Positions 1-11,480 of a DNA stretch of 64,000 nt are shown here, piece by piece. The notes under the pieces were generated by a model. It was given only the letters and a program-made list of their open reading frames with translations, had not been told where the DNA came from and did no database searches. The DNA is taken from NCBI GenBank assembly GCA_965287045.1, contig OZ336903.1, positions 1,116,001-1,180,000 on the forward strand, given 5' to 3'. This DNA is from Carcharhinus amblyrhynchos (lineage: Eukaryota). The translations under genes were made by a program, and so were the position numbers. Within the stretch, counting starts at the first letter, position 1. Every line of letters starts with the position of its first letter.

Positions 1-357
1 AATAGCAGAGCCCGTAGAAGACTTCGAGCTGTGAGAAGTGGGGATAGTTCCAAAGACACAGAGATGGAGGGTCGACGGAAATCTATAATTTTACTGTTTG
101 TTATCTCTTTGAATTTCATCGTGTTGTGGGCTGTTATAATGGTGTTTTCAGTAAACAGGCGGGTGTATTATCTAATCTATTATTCTGGAATGTTGAGTAA
201 TTGTGTGCAGGAAATGGGCTTCATGTTGCAGCTTCTTAGTTGCTGCACAAACACTTGCATTTATGCCGTGACCCAGACTATGTTCAGAGAACAATTGAAA
301 ATTATGCTGAAATATCCGTTTATTTCAGTTTTTCGATGCATTCAAAAAAATAAATAA
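1..357 (+). CDS. 3' end (ICL3-TM6-TM7-C tail) of a class A GPCR, GPR139/GPR142-like family expanded in sharks
   Basis: Frame open from base 1: NSRARRRLRAVRSGDSSKDTEMEGRRKSIILLFVISLNFIVLW...GFMLQLLSCCTNTCIYAVTQTMFREQL. The RRKS-TM6 and NxxIY-TM7/helix-8 FR motifs are typical of GPR139-like receptors. TAA at 355-357; 5' part lies outside the window. Confidence 0.85.
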   Translation, partial: NSRARRRLRAVRSGDSSKDTEMEGRRKSIILLFVISLNFIVLWAVIMVFSVNRRVYYLIYYSGMLSNCVQEMGFMLQLLSCCTNTCIYAVTQTMFREQLKIMLKYPFISVFRCIQKNK

Positions 358-1230
358 ACGAATAACTGATCATTGGTTAATTGTTGTCAATATATTTTCT
401 TGTTTTTTTTTCTCTAATGGAAACACAAGCTGTCATGATCGTGTCAGAGCAGGAGCTGAGCTAGCCAAATCAATTGAAAAATGTGGACCGGTCTGTCACT
501 GCCACAACAAGCTGCTAGTATTATATCAACCAAGGACAGGAGAATGGCTGGCACTGCAACAATGAACAGAGAAAGTGAAATACCTTGTTGCAATGCAGAG
601 ATCCAAAGTGCTGGTGTTGTATTGCAGGAGCAATGACACAGAAAGTATGCATATAATGCTGATGAATGGCAAGGCTTCTTGCTATGATGAGAGTGAGGGT
701 GTTGTCTGTTGTTATTATGTCAGAGGAGTGCCTGGGCATTCTCAATATGGTAGCAAGGCAGACAGAGTCTTCTTTCAGCAGAGGCAGTTTTTTTTAGCTG
801 TATGTGCCAGGCTAATTCCCAATAATTACAGGAAATCCATTTCATGCCTTCACTCACAAATGAGAAATCAGATGTGGAAGAAATATTTTCCAATTGTCCA
901 CATCCCATCGTTCATCATTTCAGTGAATTACGTAGGTGGAGATTAATGTCAAATATACTATGCAATGATTTTGTTTTTCTTATTGCAAGAAACTCAGCTC
1001 ATGTTTTGTGGACACTGATTCGAAATTTAAATTCACGAAAAAAAATCTGAAAATAAGTATCTACAGAAGACTATGAAACATTGACAATTATGGAAAAAAG
1101 GAAACAAAAAAAAACACCTTGGATTCACCTGTATCCTTCTTGGAAGAAAATCTGTTGTCCGTACTTGGTCTGGCCTGCATGTAACTCCAGCATCAGACCG
1201 ACGTGGCTTACTCTTAAGAGTTGTCTGATT

Positions 1231-1668
1231 GGCACAGTGACACAATGGTTCACAGGGCTGCCTCACAGTTCCAGGAACATGGATTTGATTTGCATTTTGA
1301 GTCACTGTCTGCGTGGAGTTTGCACATTCTCCCCGTGTCTGCATGGGTTTCCTCTGGGCACTCTGCTTTGGGTGTCATGGTGGCATAGTGGTTCGCACTG
1401 CTGTTTCACAGCACCAGGGTCCCAGGTTCAATTTGGCCTTGGGTATGGAGTTTGCACATTCTTCCCTTTTCTGCATGGATTTCCTCCGATGCTCTGGTTT
1501 CGTCCCACTGACATAAGACGTGTGGTTTATGTTGATTGACCATGCTAAATTGACCCCAGTGTCAGCGGGATTAGCAGGAGAAATGCAGGGATAGGGCCAG
1601 GGTGTGATTATGGTCGGCACAGATTTGATGGGCCGAATGGCCTCGTTCTGTGCGGCAGGTATTCAGTG
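1231..1668 (+). mobile_element. Two tandem HE1/V-SINE-like tRNA-derived SINE units (first truncated)
   Basis: tRNA-like heads at ~1231 and ~1376, each followed by GGAGTTTGCACATTCT..GGTTTCCTC. The second continues to the LINE-derived tail GATGGGCCGAATGGCCTC. Confidence 0.8.
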
Positions 1669-3258
1669 ACTCTTTGAAATGGCCTAGTAAGACGTTCGGT
1701 TTCAGTGTTACTAGGGTCGGCCAATAAGTGCTGACCAGCCAGTAACACACGCAGGCCCCACAGATGAATTAAAATATATTGATAATGTGTCTGGCTCACC
1801 GAGAGGTATGATAAATCCTCGTTCTGATAGATATATCACACACTCTACTGGAAGGTTAACTCAAACCGCCTACACTGGGGGAAAAAATCTGCCAGGCTCT
1901 GAAAAGAGAAGGTTCACCAGGTGCATTCTGAGAAGCAGAGTGCAATATATAATACACCAGGCGAGGTGTGATATGCGACCGTCAATTGGGTAATCATTTG
2001 ATGTACCATGTGTCAGACTTAATACGTGATGAAAAACTGAGCGAAGCTGATTCATGAGATACACCAAGCAGAATTGGTCATATGCAAGATGCATTGGTAA
2101 CTCTTATCAACTTACAAAGGGGTGAGAACTGCTCCAGAAGATTGAGTGTTCTGCAATGAGCATAGAAACCTGGGGAGGCATGGGAATTACCATCTAATAA
2201 CAGGGCTTATTCACAAGGTGTTGGATGTGAAGTGATGAATTCTGACCACAATGTGTGTGGCACTGCATTGTCAAGCAAAATGGGAAGGGTTTGATGCAGC
2301 TGGTACGATACTGTAAGCAGAGGAATATACCATGTATAATGTGCAATTTATGTTATGCGAAGCGCACCAAAGGAGGGGGGCACTATATATGGTGAAATCA
2401 GACGAATGCTCAGGTATCCACCCCTGCGCCTCCCCCCCGCCCCCCTCCTCCCCGCACTCCACATGAGAAACCTGCAATGCTGTACAAACATCAGGAGGAA
2501 TTGGACAGGTTGCAAAAGGCACAATCGATGAAGCATAAAACATATAACCACAAAACAGGAATAAAGCGGTGACATTTGCCAGACCTGAGAACCAAAAAAT
2601 GTCATGGATACTTGTGGTAGAAAGTTGGATAAAAAAGAGCGACAATAACAACAATCGTATTTTGGCAATCGTAAGATCTACTGACTTGCTTCTTCAGAAG
2701 GGTATATATGTCCGTCTTGGACAGCAATTTCCTGCACCAGCAGCAAGACACCAAATATTCTGCACAGCACTTTCCCCATTTTCCAATGAGTTGCAATCAG
2801 ATTACAGGAGTGTGGAAGTTCTTTACATTGAGACGTGTTCAACATTAAGCTGTTCACTCACATAATGTGGGGATTGGCTCCAAGTAGCTTCTTACGGAAG
2901 AACAGCTCACAGACAAAAAGTTCCTGTGATCAGAGATTAAATGTGTTTTCTTGTGCAGGTCACTGATCACAAACTTAAAAAAAAATCGGGTAAATAATTG
3001 AACCGGAGACTCATAATAAAATGCAAATAATTTATAAGGTTAACTTGTCTCACAATCCACTGGTTACTTTGTCACTTATTTTCGTCATTGCTGTAGTGGT
3101 TGTTTCATCTTCCACTCTCCAATATATTGTGTGTCTGCTGTGAGGAATCGTTATGCTAAGACATCGCTATTCACTGACAAACACACTGGAAAAGATTAAA
3201 TACCCGGATAGTTTGTAACACGTGCCATTTTTGTTTGTGCTGTATTCCCTGCAACACT

Positions 3259-3590
3259 TAGAACATTACAATGCAGTAGAGGCCCTTCGGCCCTCGATGT
3301 TGCGCCGACCAGTGGAACCAATCTAATGACCCTCTAACCTAAACTATTCCAATGCTATCCATATTCCTATCCACAGACCATTTGAACGCCCTTCAAGTTG
3401 GCGAGTTCACAACTGCTGCAGGCAGGGAATTCCACGACCTTACTAGCCTCTGAGTAAAGAACCTACCTCTGACATCCGTCCTATAATTACCACCCCTTAA
3501 TTTAAAGCTATGTCCCCTTGTGTTAGCCATCACCATCCGAGGGAAAAAGCTCCCACCGTCCACCCTATCCAATCCATTGATCATCTTCTA
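3259..3590 (-). mobile_element. CR1/HER1 LINE 3' fragment
   Basis: ORF 3393-3584 encodes the RT C-terminal motif [23 protein letters not shown]; (TAGAACA) tail repeat. Confidence 0.9.
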
Positions 3591-4914
3591 TGCAAACATA
3601 CTTTGTTTGTTATTTCATTGATGGCAGTTTTAGCATTGGCAATGATTCTCTGTGGGATATTCAGAGTGTGTAAAAGGGGTTATATAAATTAAAGTCGTCA
3701 GTTTTTATCATTAGTGCCCTTACATATCTCTAATTGTTCCATTTCCCCATTCTTGACTGCCCTGCCTACGTTCAGATTTTGTTTTGTTCTTTTCTATCTC
3801 CCTATTTTCCTGTGTTCCATAATATGTGTTTCCTTCTTCCCTCACCCATGTCACTACCTTATTCTGATATCAACTCTCTCTGTCCTCATCATGCAAAATT
3901 CTCTTTGAATCCAGATGTTTCAATAATTCTGAATGCAGCAGTGGGTAATGTGTTGAATATTTGCCTCTGGTGCCTGGTGCCCTGCCGCTACCCTGCCTGT
4001 TGAACTTTAGCTAACTGCCAGAAATGAGCCCTCTTATTTGTGATCTGTGGGACCAGCTGTCGAAGTGAAAACAACACAAACTCCACACTCTTGGCTTTGG
4101 ATAATCTGCATTAATGACTGGCCATTTTCCAGCACCTTCAGTCGTTCCTTGATATCACGTGGACGGGTGTAAAATAGCTGAAGACTGGCATGCTGAACCC
4201 ATGAAACAAATGTGAAACATCAAACCAACATTTCTGCCTGTAGATTATCTGCGATGATTTAGCCTCCTCCATTATATTCACATGCGGGCCTGTCACACCA
4301 TTGTGGAGTCTCCTTCCCCAGACAGTTGTTGAATTGCCAACCCGTACTCATTTTGAGGTGAGTCGGTACTGCAAAACATAGATCGAATCTGGTGTCATTG
4401 GCAATGAGTTGCGTTGATTATTTTAGACTTCCTTCACGGTTCTGCACCTGTTGAATTCTCCGTGTTGGTCCTTCAATAGGTTATTATTTCAAAATAGATA
4501 TATCTGCTTCTGCTCACAACAGGCGTTGACACTCTCTTCGTTGAATCATTGATGCATTGTCGTGTAGTTAATTGCACAATGAGCGATATCAGAGCAGATT
4601 GGGTTGCAAATTGTGCCTAAGAGTATTACTGATGGTTCAAAATATCTCGTGGAATCCTCGATGGATGTGTTGGTTCCATTATGGATCAATCATATTTCAC
4701 AGGTTGAACAGAGAAGGGTTGGGGAACGTCAGGGGCTCAGGGAGATGGTGGAGGAAAGAGACAGAGGCCCTGAGGGTGCGGTGTGTCCTCCTGCTGTGTT
4801 GTATTCCCTGTGGAACCTGACTGTGGCATTCCCAGTCTCTCTTTCTCCCTCTCACTGTAAAGCACCGGGAGGGAGAGGGAGCTGAAATTCAAATTCCTGA
4901 GCCTGGGGTAAGGT

Positions 4915-5090
4915 TAGAACATAGAACATAGAACATTGAACATTACAGCGCGGAACAGGCCCTTCGGCCCACAATGTTGCGCCGACCAGTCTTATTTTTT
5001 AAAAAAAACATTGACCCACTAATCTAAACCAATCCCTTTTCGTCCATAAACCAATCCCTTTTCGTCCATAAACCAATCCCTTTTCGTCCG
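4915..5090 (-). mobile_element. CR1 3' tail with a 22-bp tandem triplication
   Basis: (TAGAACA)3 plus GGCCCTTCGGCCC stem-loop; TAAACCAATCCCTTTTCGTCCA x3 at 5025-5089. Confidence 0.75.
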
Positions 5091-5175
5091 TTCTCAGTCC
5101 CACAGTCCTGCTTGGGGGAGAGAGTTCCAGGGCTAGGGGCTATTTGGTGGGTAAAAAGGCTTTTTAAATATTACT

Positions 5176-5180
<5 letters not shown>

Positions 5181-5250
<70 letters not shown>
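5181..5250. repeat. (CA)35 microsatellite
   Basis: Read directly from the sequence. Confidence 0.98.
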
Positions 5251-5254
<4 letters not shown>

Positions 5255-5508
5255 TAACCTGACACTTATCAACTCACGTGCAGAGAAACAGAACAATTGA
5301 TCCCCAGACTTTTTATACCCTCACTGACTCACACTAACTGCCCACAACTCCCCAATCAACCCCCATCCAACCACATCTCCTGCATCTCACCTGAGCCCAC
5401 CTACTTCAGGTAGGGCCCAGTCCAACACCAACCTGTCTCTGAGGGGTTGGGGGTGGGGGTGCTGTGTCTATGTGCGTTGCTGAGCACCAGGCAAATTGTT
5501 TATCCCCA

Positions 5509-5510
<2 letters not shown>

Positions 5511-5540
<30 letters not shown>
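5511..5540. repeat. (CT)n microsatellite
   Basis: Read directly from the sequence. Confidence 0.95.
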
Positions 5541-5542
<2 letters not shown>

Positions 5543-5600
5543 ACTCGGGGATGAGGGGAAAATGGATTTAATGTAACCAGCAGCCCTGCCCAGACAGAGA

Positions 5601-6197
5601 TGATGTGGAGGTGTCGGCGTTGGACTGGGGTAAACACAGTCAGATGTTTCACAACATCAGTTTATAAATTGAGTTTGTGTCTTTATATGCCGTGTTTGGG
5701 AACTGAAATCCATTCACCTGACCAAGGAGCAGTGGTCCGAAAGCTAGTGGCTGTTCCTACCAAATAAACCTGTTGGAATTAAGATGATGAATGGGATGGA
5801 TAGGATAGAGGTGGAGAGACTCTTCCCGCTCAGAAAGGACAGTAGGACTAGGGGGCACAGCCTCAAGATAAAGGGGAGGCGGTTTAGAACGGAGTTGAGG
5901 AGGAACTTCTTCACTCAAAGGGTGGTGAATCTCTGGAATTCTCTGCCCGTTGAAGTGGTGGAGGCTGCCTCGCTAAATATTTTTAAGAAGCAGGTTGATG
6001 GGTTCTTGATAAGAGAGGGGATTAAGGGTTATGGGGAGAGGGCGGGAAAGTGGAACTGAGCCACGACAGATCAGCCATGATCGTACTGAATGGCGGGGCA
6101 GGCTCGAAGGGCTAGATGGCCTACTCCTGCTCCTATTTCTTATGTTCTTATGTTCTTATGTTCTTATTTCCCCTGGTGTTGTGAGACCTCTTACTGT
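5601..6197. mobile_element. Penelope-like terminal-repeat element interrupted by a CR1 fragment
   Basis: TGATGTGGAG..GTTGGACTGGGGTAAACACAGT at the left; an inverted copy AAATAAACCTGTTGGA..[CR1]..CCTGGTGTTGTGAGACCTCTTACTGT at the right. Flanked by CCAGACAGA(G/T)A direct repeats at 5590-5600 and 6198-6208. Confidence 0.65.
5783..6168 (+). mobile_element. Young CR1 LINE 3' fragment nested in the Penelope-like element
   Basis: ORF 5784-6059 [35 protein letters not shown]; (TTCTTATG)n tail. Near-identical to 19003-19450 and 52135-52265. Confidence 0.92.
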
Positions 6198-7599
6198 CCA
6201 GACAGATATCAGGTCTGACTGTGGATTGTATAACTTGCTCATCCAGGACTCGATCGGCTATAGGTTTTGCTGATTCTTGCAAAGTTCACGTTTTGCTTAA
6301 GTTGCCTGAACGCAAACACTTTCTTGCAAAGTTCTTTGTTGCTGCATTTATATTTCCACTTCTTATTTCCAAACCAATCTCCGTTGTTTTCTGTCTGTAT
6401 GTGTGAATGTGTGTGCTCTCTGCTTAATGTTTATTGAGTCACCACAGATCAGAGCTGCAAAAAAACTTCTAAGCGTTTTTGAAATCAGAAGCACTGAATG
6501 GGGGAGGGGAGTTTCTGTCAGATAAATATTGTCAATGTGTCTTTAACCAGGTGCTCCACAGAGAGAGAGAGAGAAAGAGGCAGAGAGAGATGCAGAATTT
6601 TAAACTCTCAGGGAACCGTACCCAGGGAAACAGACACACATACACACAGCTAGACATCAGCTCCTGTTTATTGAAACAACCAGGCTGGAGTCTGAAGCTA
6701 ATCCCCCCCCGCCCCCCCCACCCCCCGAAAAAAATGTACTTCATTCATGAAGCCTGTGAGGGTTACATTACATGACTTCCCATTCAGTGTAATCCAGTTC
6801 ACTTTGTCAGAATACAGTGTGTGACCCTCTGAAGGAGTTGACACATTAGTTAGATTTCTAATCTTCATTTCCTACCAAACATTCTCCAGTGTGTTGGGCT
6901 GCACAGATCAGATCGAACTGGGCACTGACACGACCACAGCAGATCAGCCAGAGTGAACCCTGCCTCCCCCGCCAGCCACACCCATCCTGGATCTACAGAT
7001 GACAGTTCAAACCAGAGCCTGGAGCAGGTCCAGGGGAAATCCTCCCACTCACCCAGACCCTCCACACCTGACAGCTTTCTGGACTTAATATCCTGTCAAA
7101 CAGTTTGAGAAAGTAAACTGTGAGTCCATTTTGTTTCAGCAGCGCCTCTGCTCCAAGCACAGCTTCTGTTCATTTGTTTTTTTTTCTCCATCTCCGTTCC
7201 CTTTGGCTCTGGGGAGGATTCACTTTTCTCTCATTCAAACTCTCATGTCTACCACAGACCTTCCCTTCGTCCTTGTCCCAGCCACCCCTTTCTCCAAACC
7301 TGCTACATTTCTAACTGTTCACCAAATGCTCTATTCAAGAGGGCTTAAAATAAAACATATATCTTTGCTTAAATTCTGATCTACAATATGGTCAAAGCGC
7401 GACCTCAATGAGCGGGATTTTAACTCCCGGAACTTGGAGTTTTGCCTCTTGAAGATTAAGAGGAAATGGGCGCAGTCTCGTCATCTCTCACGTCCCAGGA
7501 AGTTCTACATCATCCTAACATTTCCCAATAGCTGCCGCTAGAAATGTAGCTGTCCAAAACTCGCCTCATCATCTCCTTACCATCCAGGAAGATCCAAAC

Positions 7600-8292
7600 C
7601 CTGCCGTATTTCCAGTGGTGAATTACAATGAAAGGATCAGAGAGAAGGTGCTGTGTGTTTTAGAGAGAAATAAACAGCCGGTTGGACTGGAATATTGTAA
7701 AAAAAACACGTGATGTGTTTAGCTGATTGTGGAATTGGTTGTAATTCTCACTCTATTTATTTTACACTTTCAGGTAATAGACATCAATAAATCCAAATCC
7801 AGAATGTGGTCTCTTCAGATATATGACTCTGCATTACGTCAAAGGGGAGACCCCTTAACTTTTCCACAAATATCACTGTGTGGAAAGTCCTTCAACTCCA
7901 GGTGTCGGTATTGCAGTTTCTGAATCAGTCGCTCATTCCTCCTGTTTTTTCTCGAATGAATTTGCATTTTTCTTCTCAGTTTGTGTGAGTCTGCATCCTG
8001 TTTAATGAGAAACAGAATAGAATGTATATCCGGTATTGCACTGTGCGTATTAAGACTCTTATTTCTCATTACATTGTGGAGCAGAGCCGGGATTATAATT
8101 CAGAATTTGGTGTTTATTATTGTCATTCCATTTTGTAGCAGCTTCCATTTTTATACTATTAAATAAAGATTATGACAGTTAGAAAAGAAGCTTGATTCAT
8201 TTCTCTTCATTTTTGTGCTCTAGATCGCCACGTGGACAGCTGTATTTCCCCAATTACTCAACACAGCACCATGTTTCATTCCAGCACTACCC
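7600..8292 (+). pseudogene. Orphan terminal exon, 3'UTR and polyA signal of a third SRCR-receptor paralog
   Basis: Collinear similarity to 35780-36495 (gene A last intron end, last exon, UTR). Acceptor TTTCAG ends at 7773; the homologous end TCA GAT ATA TGA is preserved, with an earlier in-frame TAA. AATAAA at 8162. Confidence 0.75.
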
Positions 8293-8299
8293 CAAACAC

Positions 8300-9500
8300 A
8301 CAAATCCTCTGCTATCCGGAGAGTTTAACACATTTCATCCATTTGCTGCCTCCTTCCAAACCCTGTTGTTATCCTCACCCTTAATTATATTACACCAATC
8401 TGCCATTGGCTTACTAAATCCTGACTCTAGCATCACTCTTTGCAATATTTCACCCATCCATGTATATTCTCCAAAACATTGCTGTTATCCACACCGTTTA
8501 CTACATTTCACCATTTTCTCTTTATTCCCCTGAAACCTGCTGTTATCCACAATGATTACCAAATTTCACCATTCTGTCTGTATTCCCCTGAAACCTGCTG
8601 TTGCCCACACTGTTTGCCACATTTTAACGCTAATCCGTGTTCTCCAGAAGCCTGCTGATGTTCTCACTTCTAACTGCTTTACAACAATCAGTCGGTTTCC
8701 ACAGAATTCCTGGATATATCCGCAACATTTGCAATCATTCATCATTCTGTCTGCGTCCTGACAAATTTATTTTGTGGTGTTTACATTTGCCTGTCTGCTC
8801 CCAAATCCGCCCTAAATTTTCCATGATGATTGCATTTCCCAGTCGATCTGTCCTCACAAACCCTCCGGTTATCCTTATTCTTTGTTACGTTAAAGTACAC
8901 TGACTGCCGAACAAAATCCTTGCCCTATCCTCACTCATTACATCATTTCACCATTCTGTCTGTGTCCTGCCAATTCCTGTTGTCACTCTCACTGCTATTG
9001 CCTTTCTCCCTTCTCTCTGTGTCCTCCCAAATTGGATGCGAATCATCATTGTTTAGTACTTTTCAATAATCATTCTGGAATCCCAAACCCTGCTATTATC
9101 CATACTATTATGGCTAACGATACCTCACCAATCTACCTGTTTCCTCTTATATTCGACCGTTAACCTCACTCTTCTTCATTTCACTCATCTCTCTGAGTCC
9201 CCCAAGCACCCTTATTATCCTGATTGCTGTCAACAAATTAGCAAACATTTTTTGTCCCGTGAAAGCCTTCTGTTATCCTCAGTCATCCCTACATTTCATC
9301 ACATTGTCCATGCCCTCCAAAATCCAGCCTACGTCCTAACTTACTGCTGCACTTCACCAATCTATGATCTCCCACCTCCTGCTGCTATCCTTCTGTTTAC
9401 GAAGTTTCAATTTCCAACCTGTGACCTTCCATATCCCTCAAATATCCTGATTGATTACCGCATTGCAGCAATCTGTCCATGTCCTCTCAGTTACCTCCTC
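8300..9500. repeat. Degenerate ~58-bp pyrimidine-rich minisatellite
   Basis: TATTCCCCTGAAACCTGCTGTT at 8523 and 8581; recurring CTG(C/T)TATCC..ATTTCACCA motifs at ~58-nt spacing. Confidence 0.65.
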
Positions 9501-9729
9501 CCTTTCTCCATCTCCTGGTATCTTAGTCTTATTGCAATCAGTTGGAATACTCACTGTCTCAATTTGCTGGTGGTGCTGCCTCAATGCACTCAGTTACCCC
9601 TCACTCTGCCCATCTGCTGGTGATGCTATCTCACTGAACTGAACTTGTCCCTGACTGTCTCCATCTACTGTTGATGCTGCCTCACTGCACTCAATTCACC
9701 ACCTCAATCCCTCCATCTCCAGCCAATGT

Positions 9730-11480
9730 TGTGACACTGAAACTCAACAACAATTGAACCCAGCCAGGCCTGTCACACTGAATCTGAAATGATACAGTGA
9801 ACTCAGCCAGTCCTGTGACACTGAATCTCAAAGGACGTAGTGTATCCAGGCAGGCGTGTGACACTCAAACTGAAAGGATTCAGTGATCCCGACCATGTTT
9901 GTGACACTGAATCTCAAATGACAGAGTGAACCCAGACAGGTCTGTGACAGTGAATCTCAAAGGACAGAGTGAACACAGCCAGGACTGTGGCACTGAATCT
10001 CAAAGGACGGAGTGAACACAGCCAGGACTGTGGCACTGAATCTCAAAGGACAGAGTGAACAGGGCAGGAATGTGACACTGAATCCGAAAGGACAGAGAGA
10101 ATCCAGCCAGGCCTGTGACACAGAATTTCCAAGGGCACAGTGAACCCTGCCAGGCATGTTTCAGTCAGTCTCAAAGTACAGATTGAATCTAGCAATGACT
10201 TTGACACTAAACCTTAAAGGACAGGGTGACTCCAACAAGGACTTTGACACAGAGTCTCAAAGGACAGAGTGAACACAGTGAGGTCCGTGATAATGAATCT
10301 TAAATAACAGCTCCAACACAGCCAGGCCTGTGACACCAAATCTGAAAGGACAGAGTGAACCCAGCCAGGCCTGTGAGACAGAATCTCAAAGGGTAGATGT
10401 GGACTCTGCCAGGACTCAGAGCTTGAATCTCAAATAACAGCTCCAACAAAGCCCGGCCTCTGACATTGAATCTGAAAAGACACAGTGAACCCAACCCGGC
10501 CTCTAGCACTGAATCCCAAAGTACAGAAAAAATCCAGAAAGGCCTGTGACACTGTTTGTGAAAGACAGTGTGAATTAGTCAGGCCTGTGACAATGAACCT
10601 CAAATAACAGATGAACCCAGCCAGGCCTGTGACACTCAATTTCAAAGGACACAGTGTATGCAGCCAGGCCTGTGACACTGAATATGAAAGGATGCATTGA
10701 TCCCAAAAATGCCTGTGACATTGAAACTCAAAGGACAGATTAAACACAGCCAGGCCTGTGACACTGACTTTCAAAGGACAGAGTAAATCCAGCCAGGCCC
10801 GTGACACTCAGACTGAAAAGATACCAAGACTGTGACACTGAATCTGAAAGGACAGAGTGACCCCAGTCAGACCTCAGACGTTGAATCTCAAATCACAGTT
10901 CCAACCCAGCCAGGTCTCTGAATCTCAAATGACAGAGTGAACCCCGGCAGGGCTGTGACAAGGAATCTCAAAGAACTCAGTGTATCCAGCCAGGCCCGTG
11001 ACACTGAATCTCAATGGACAGAGTGAATCTGTGATGTGGAAATGCCAGTGTTGAACTGGGGTGAACACAGTAAGAAGTCTCACAACACCAGGTTAAAGTC
11101 CAACCAGTTATTGGATAGTAAACCCACAAGTTTTAGGGGTTCACCCCTTCGTCAGGACAGTGACATTGAATTTCAAATGACAGAATGAACCCAGCCAGGC
11201 CTGTGACAATGAATCTCAAAGGACACAGTGAACGTGGCCAGTTCTGTGACACCAAAACTGAAAGGAAGAGTGAACAGCGCAGGACTGTGACACTCAGTCT
11301 CAAAGGACGGAGATCTTGAATTTCAAACAACAGTTCAAATGCAGCCAGAAATGTGACACTGAATCTGAAAGAACAGAGTGACCTCAGCCAAGCCTGAGAC
11401 ACTGAATCTCAAAGGACACAGTGAAAGTGGCCAGGCCTGTGGCACTGAATGTTAATAGGCAGATTGAGCCAGTCAGGCAT
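9730..11480. repeat. 43-bp tandem satellite (~38 diverged units), consensus GTGACACTGAATCTCAAAGGACAGAGTGAACCCAGCCAGGCCT
   Basis: Period verified, e.g. AGGACAGAGTGAACACAGCC at 9961 recurring at 10004. Confidence 0.95.
11032..11156. mobile_element. Penelope-like repeat fragment inserted in the 43-bp satellite
   Basis: TGATGTGGAAATGCCAGTGTTGAACTGGGGTGAACACAGTAAGAAGTCTCACAACACCAGGTTAAAGTCCAAC; same family as 5601. Confidence 0.7.

Noticed and set aside
10135-11425. RSS heptamers (CACAGTG) in satellite variants suggesting V(D)J-type rearrangement
   Set aside because: No ACAAAAACC nonamer at 12/23 spacing; they are single-base variants of the CAGAGTG unit; no Ig/TCR segments nearby.
9730-11480. 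CRISPR-like array
   Set aside because: Units are contiguous diverged repeats with no unique spacers and no cas genes, in a vertebrate context.
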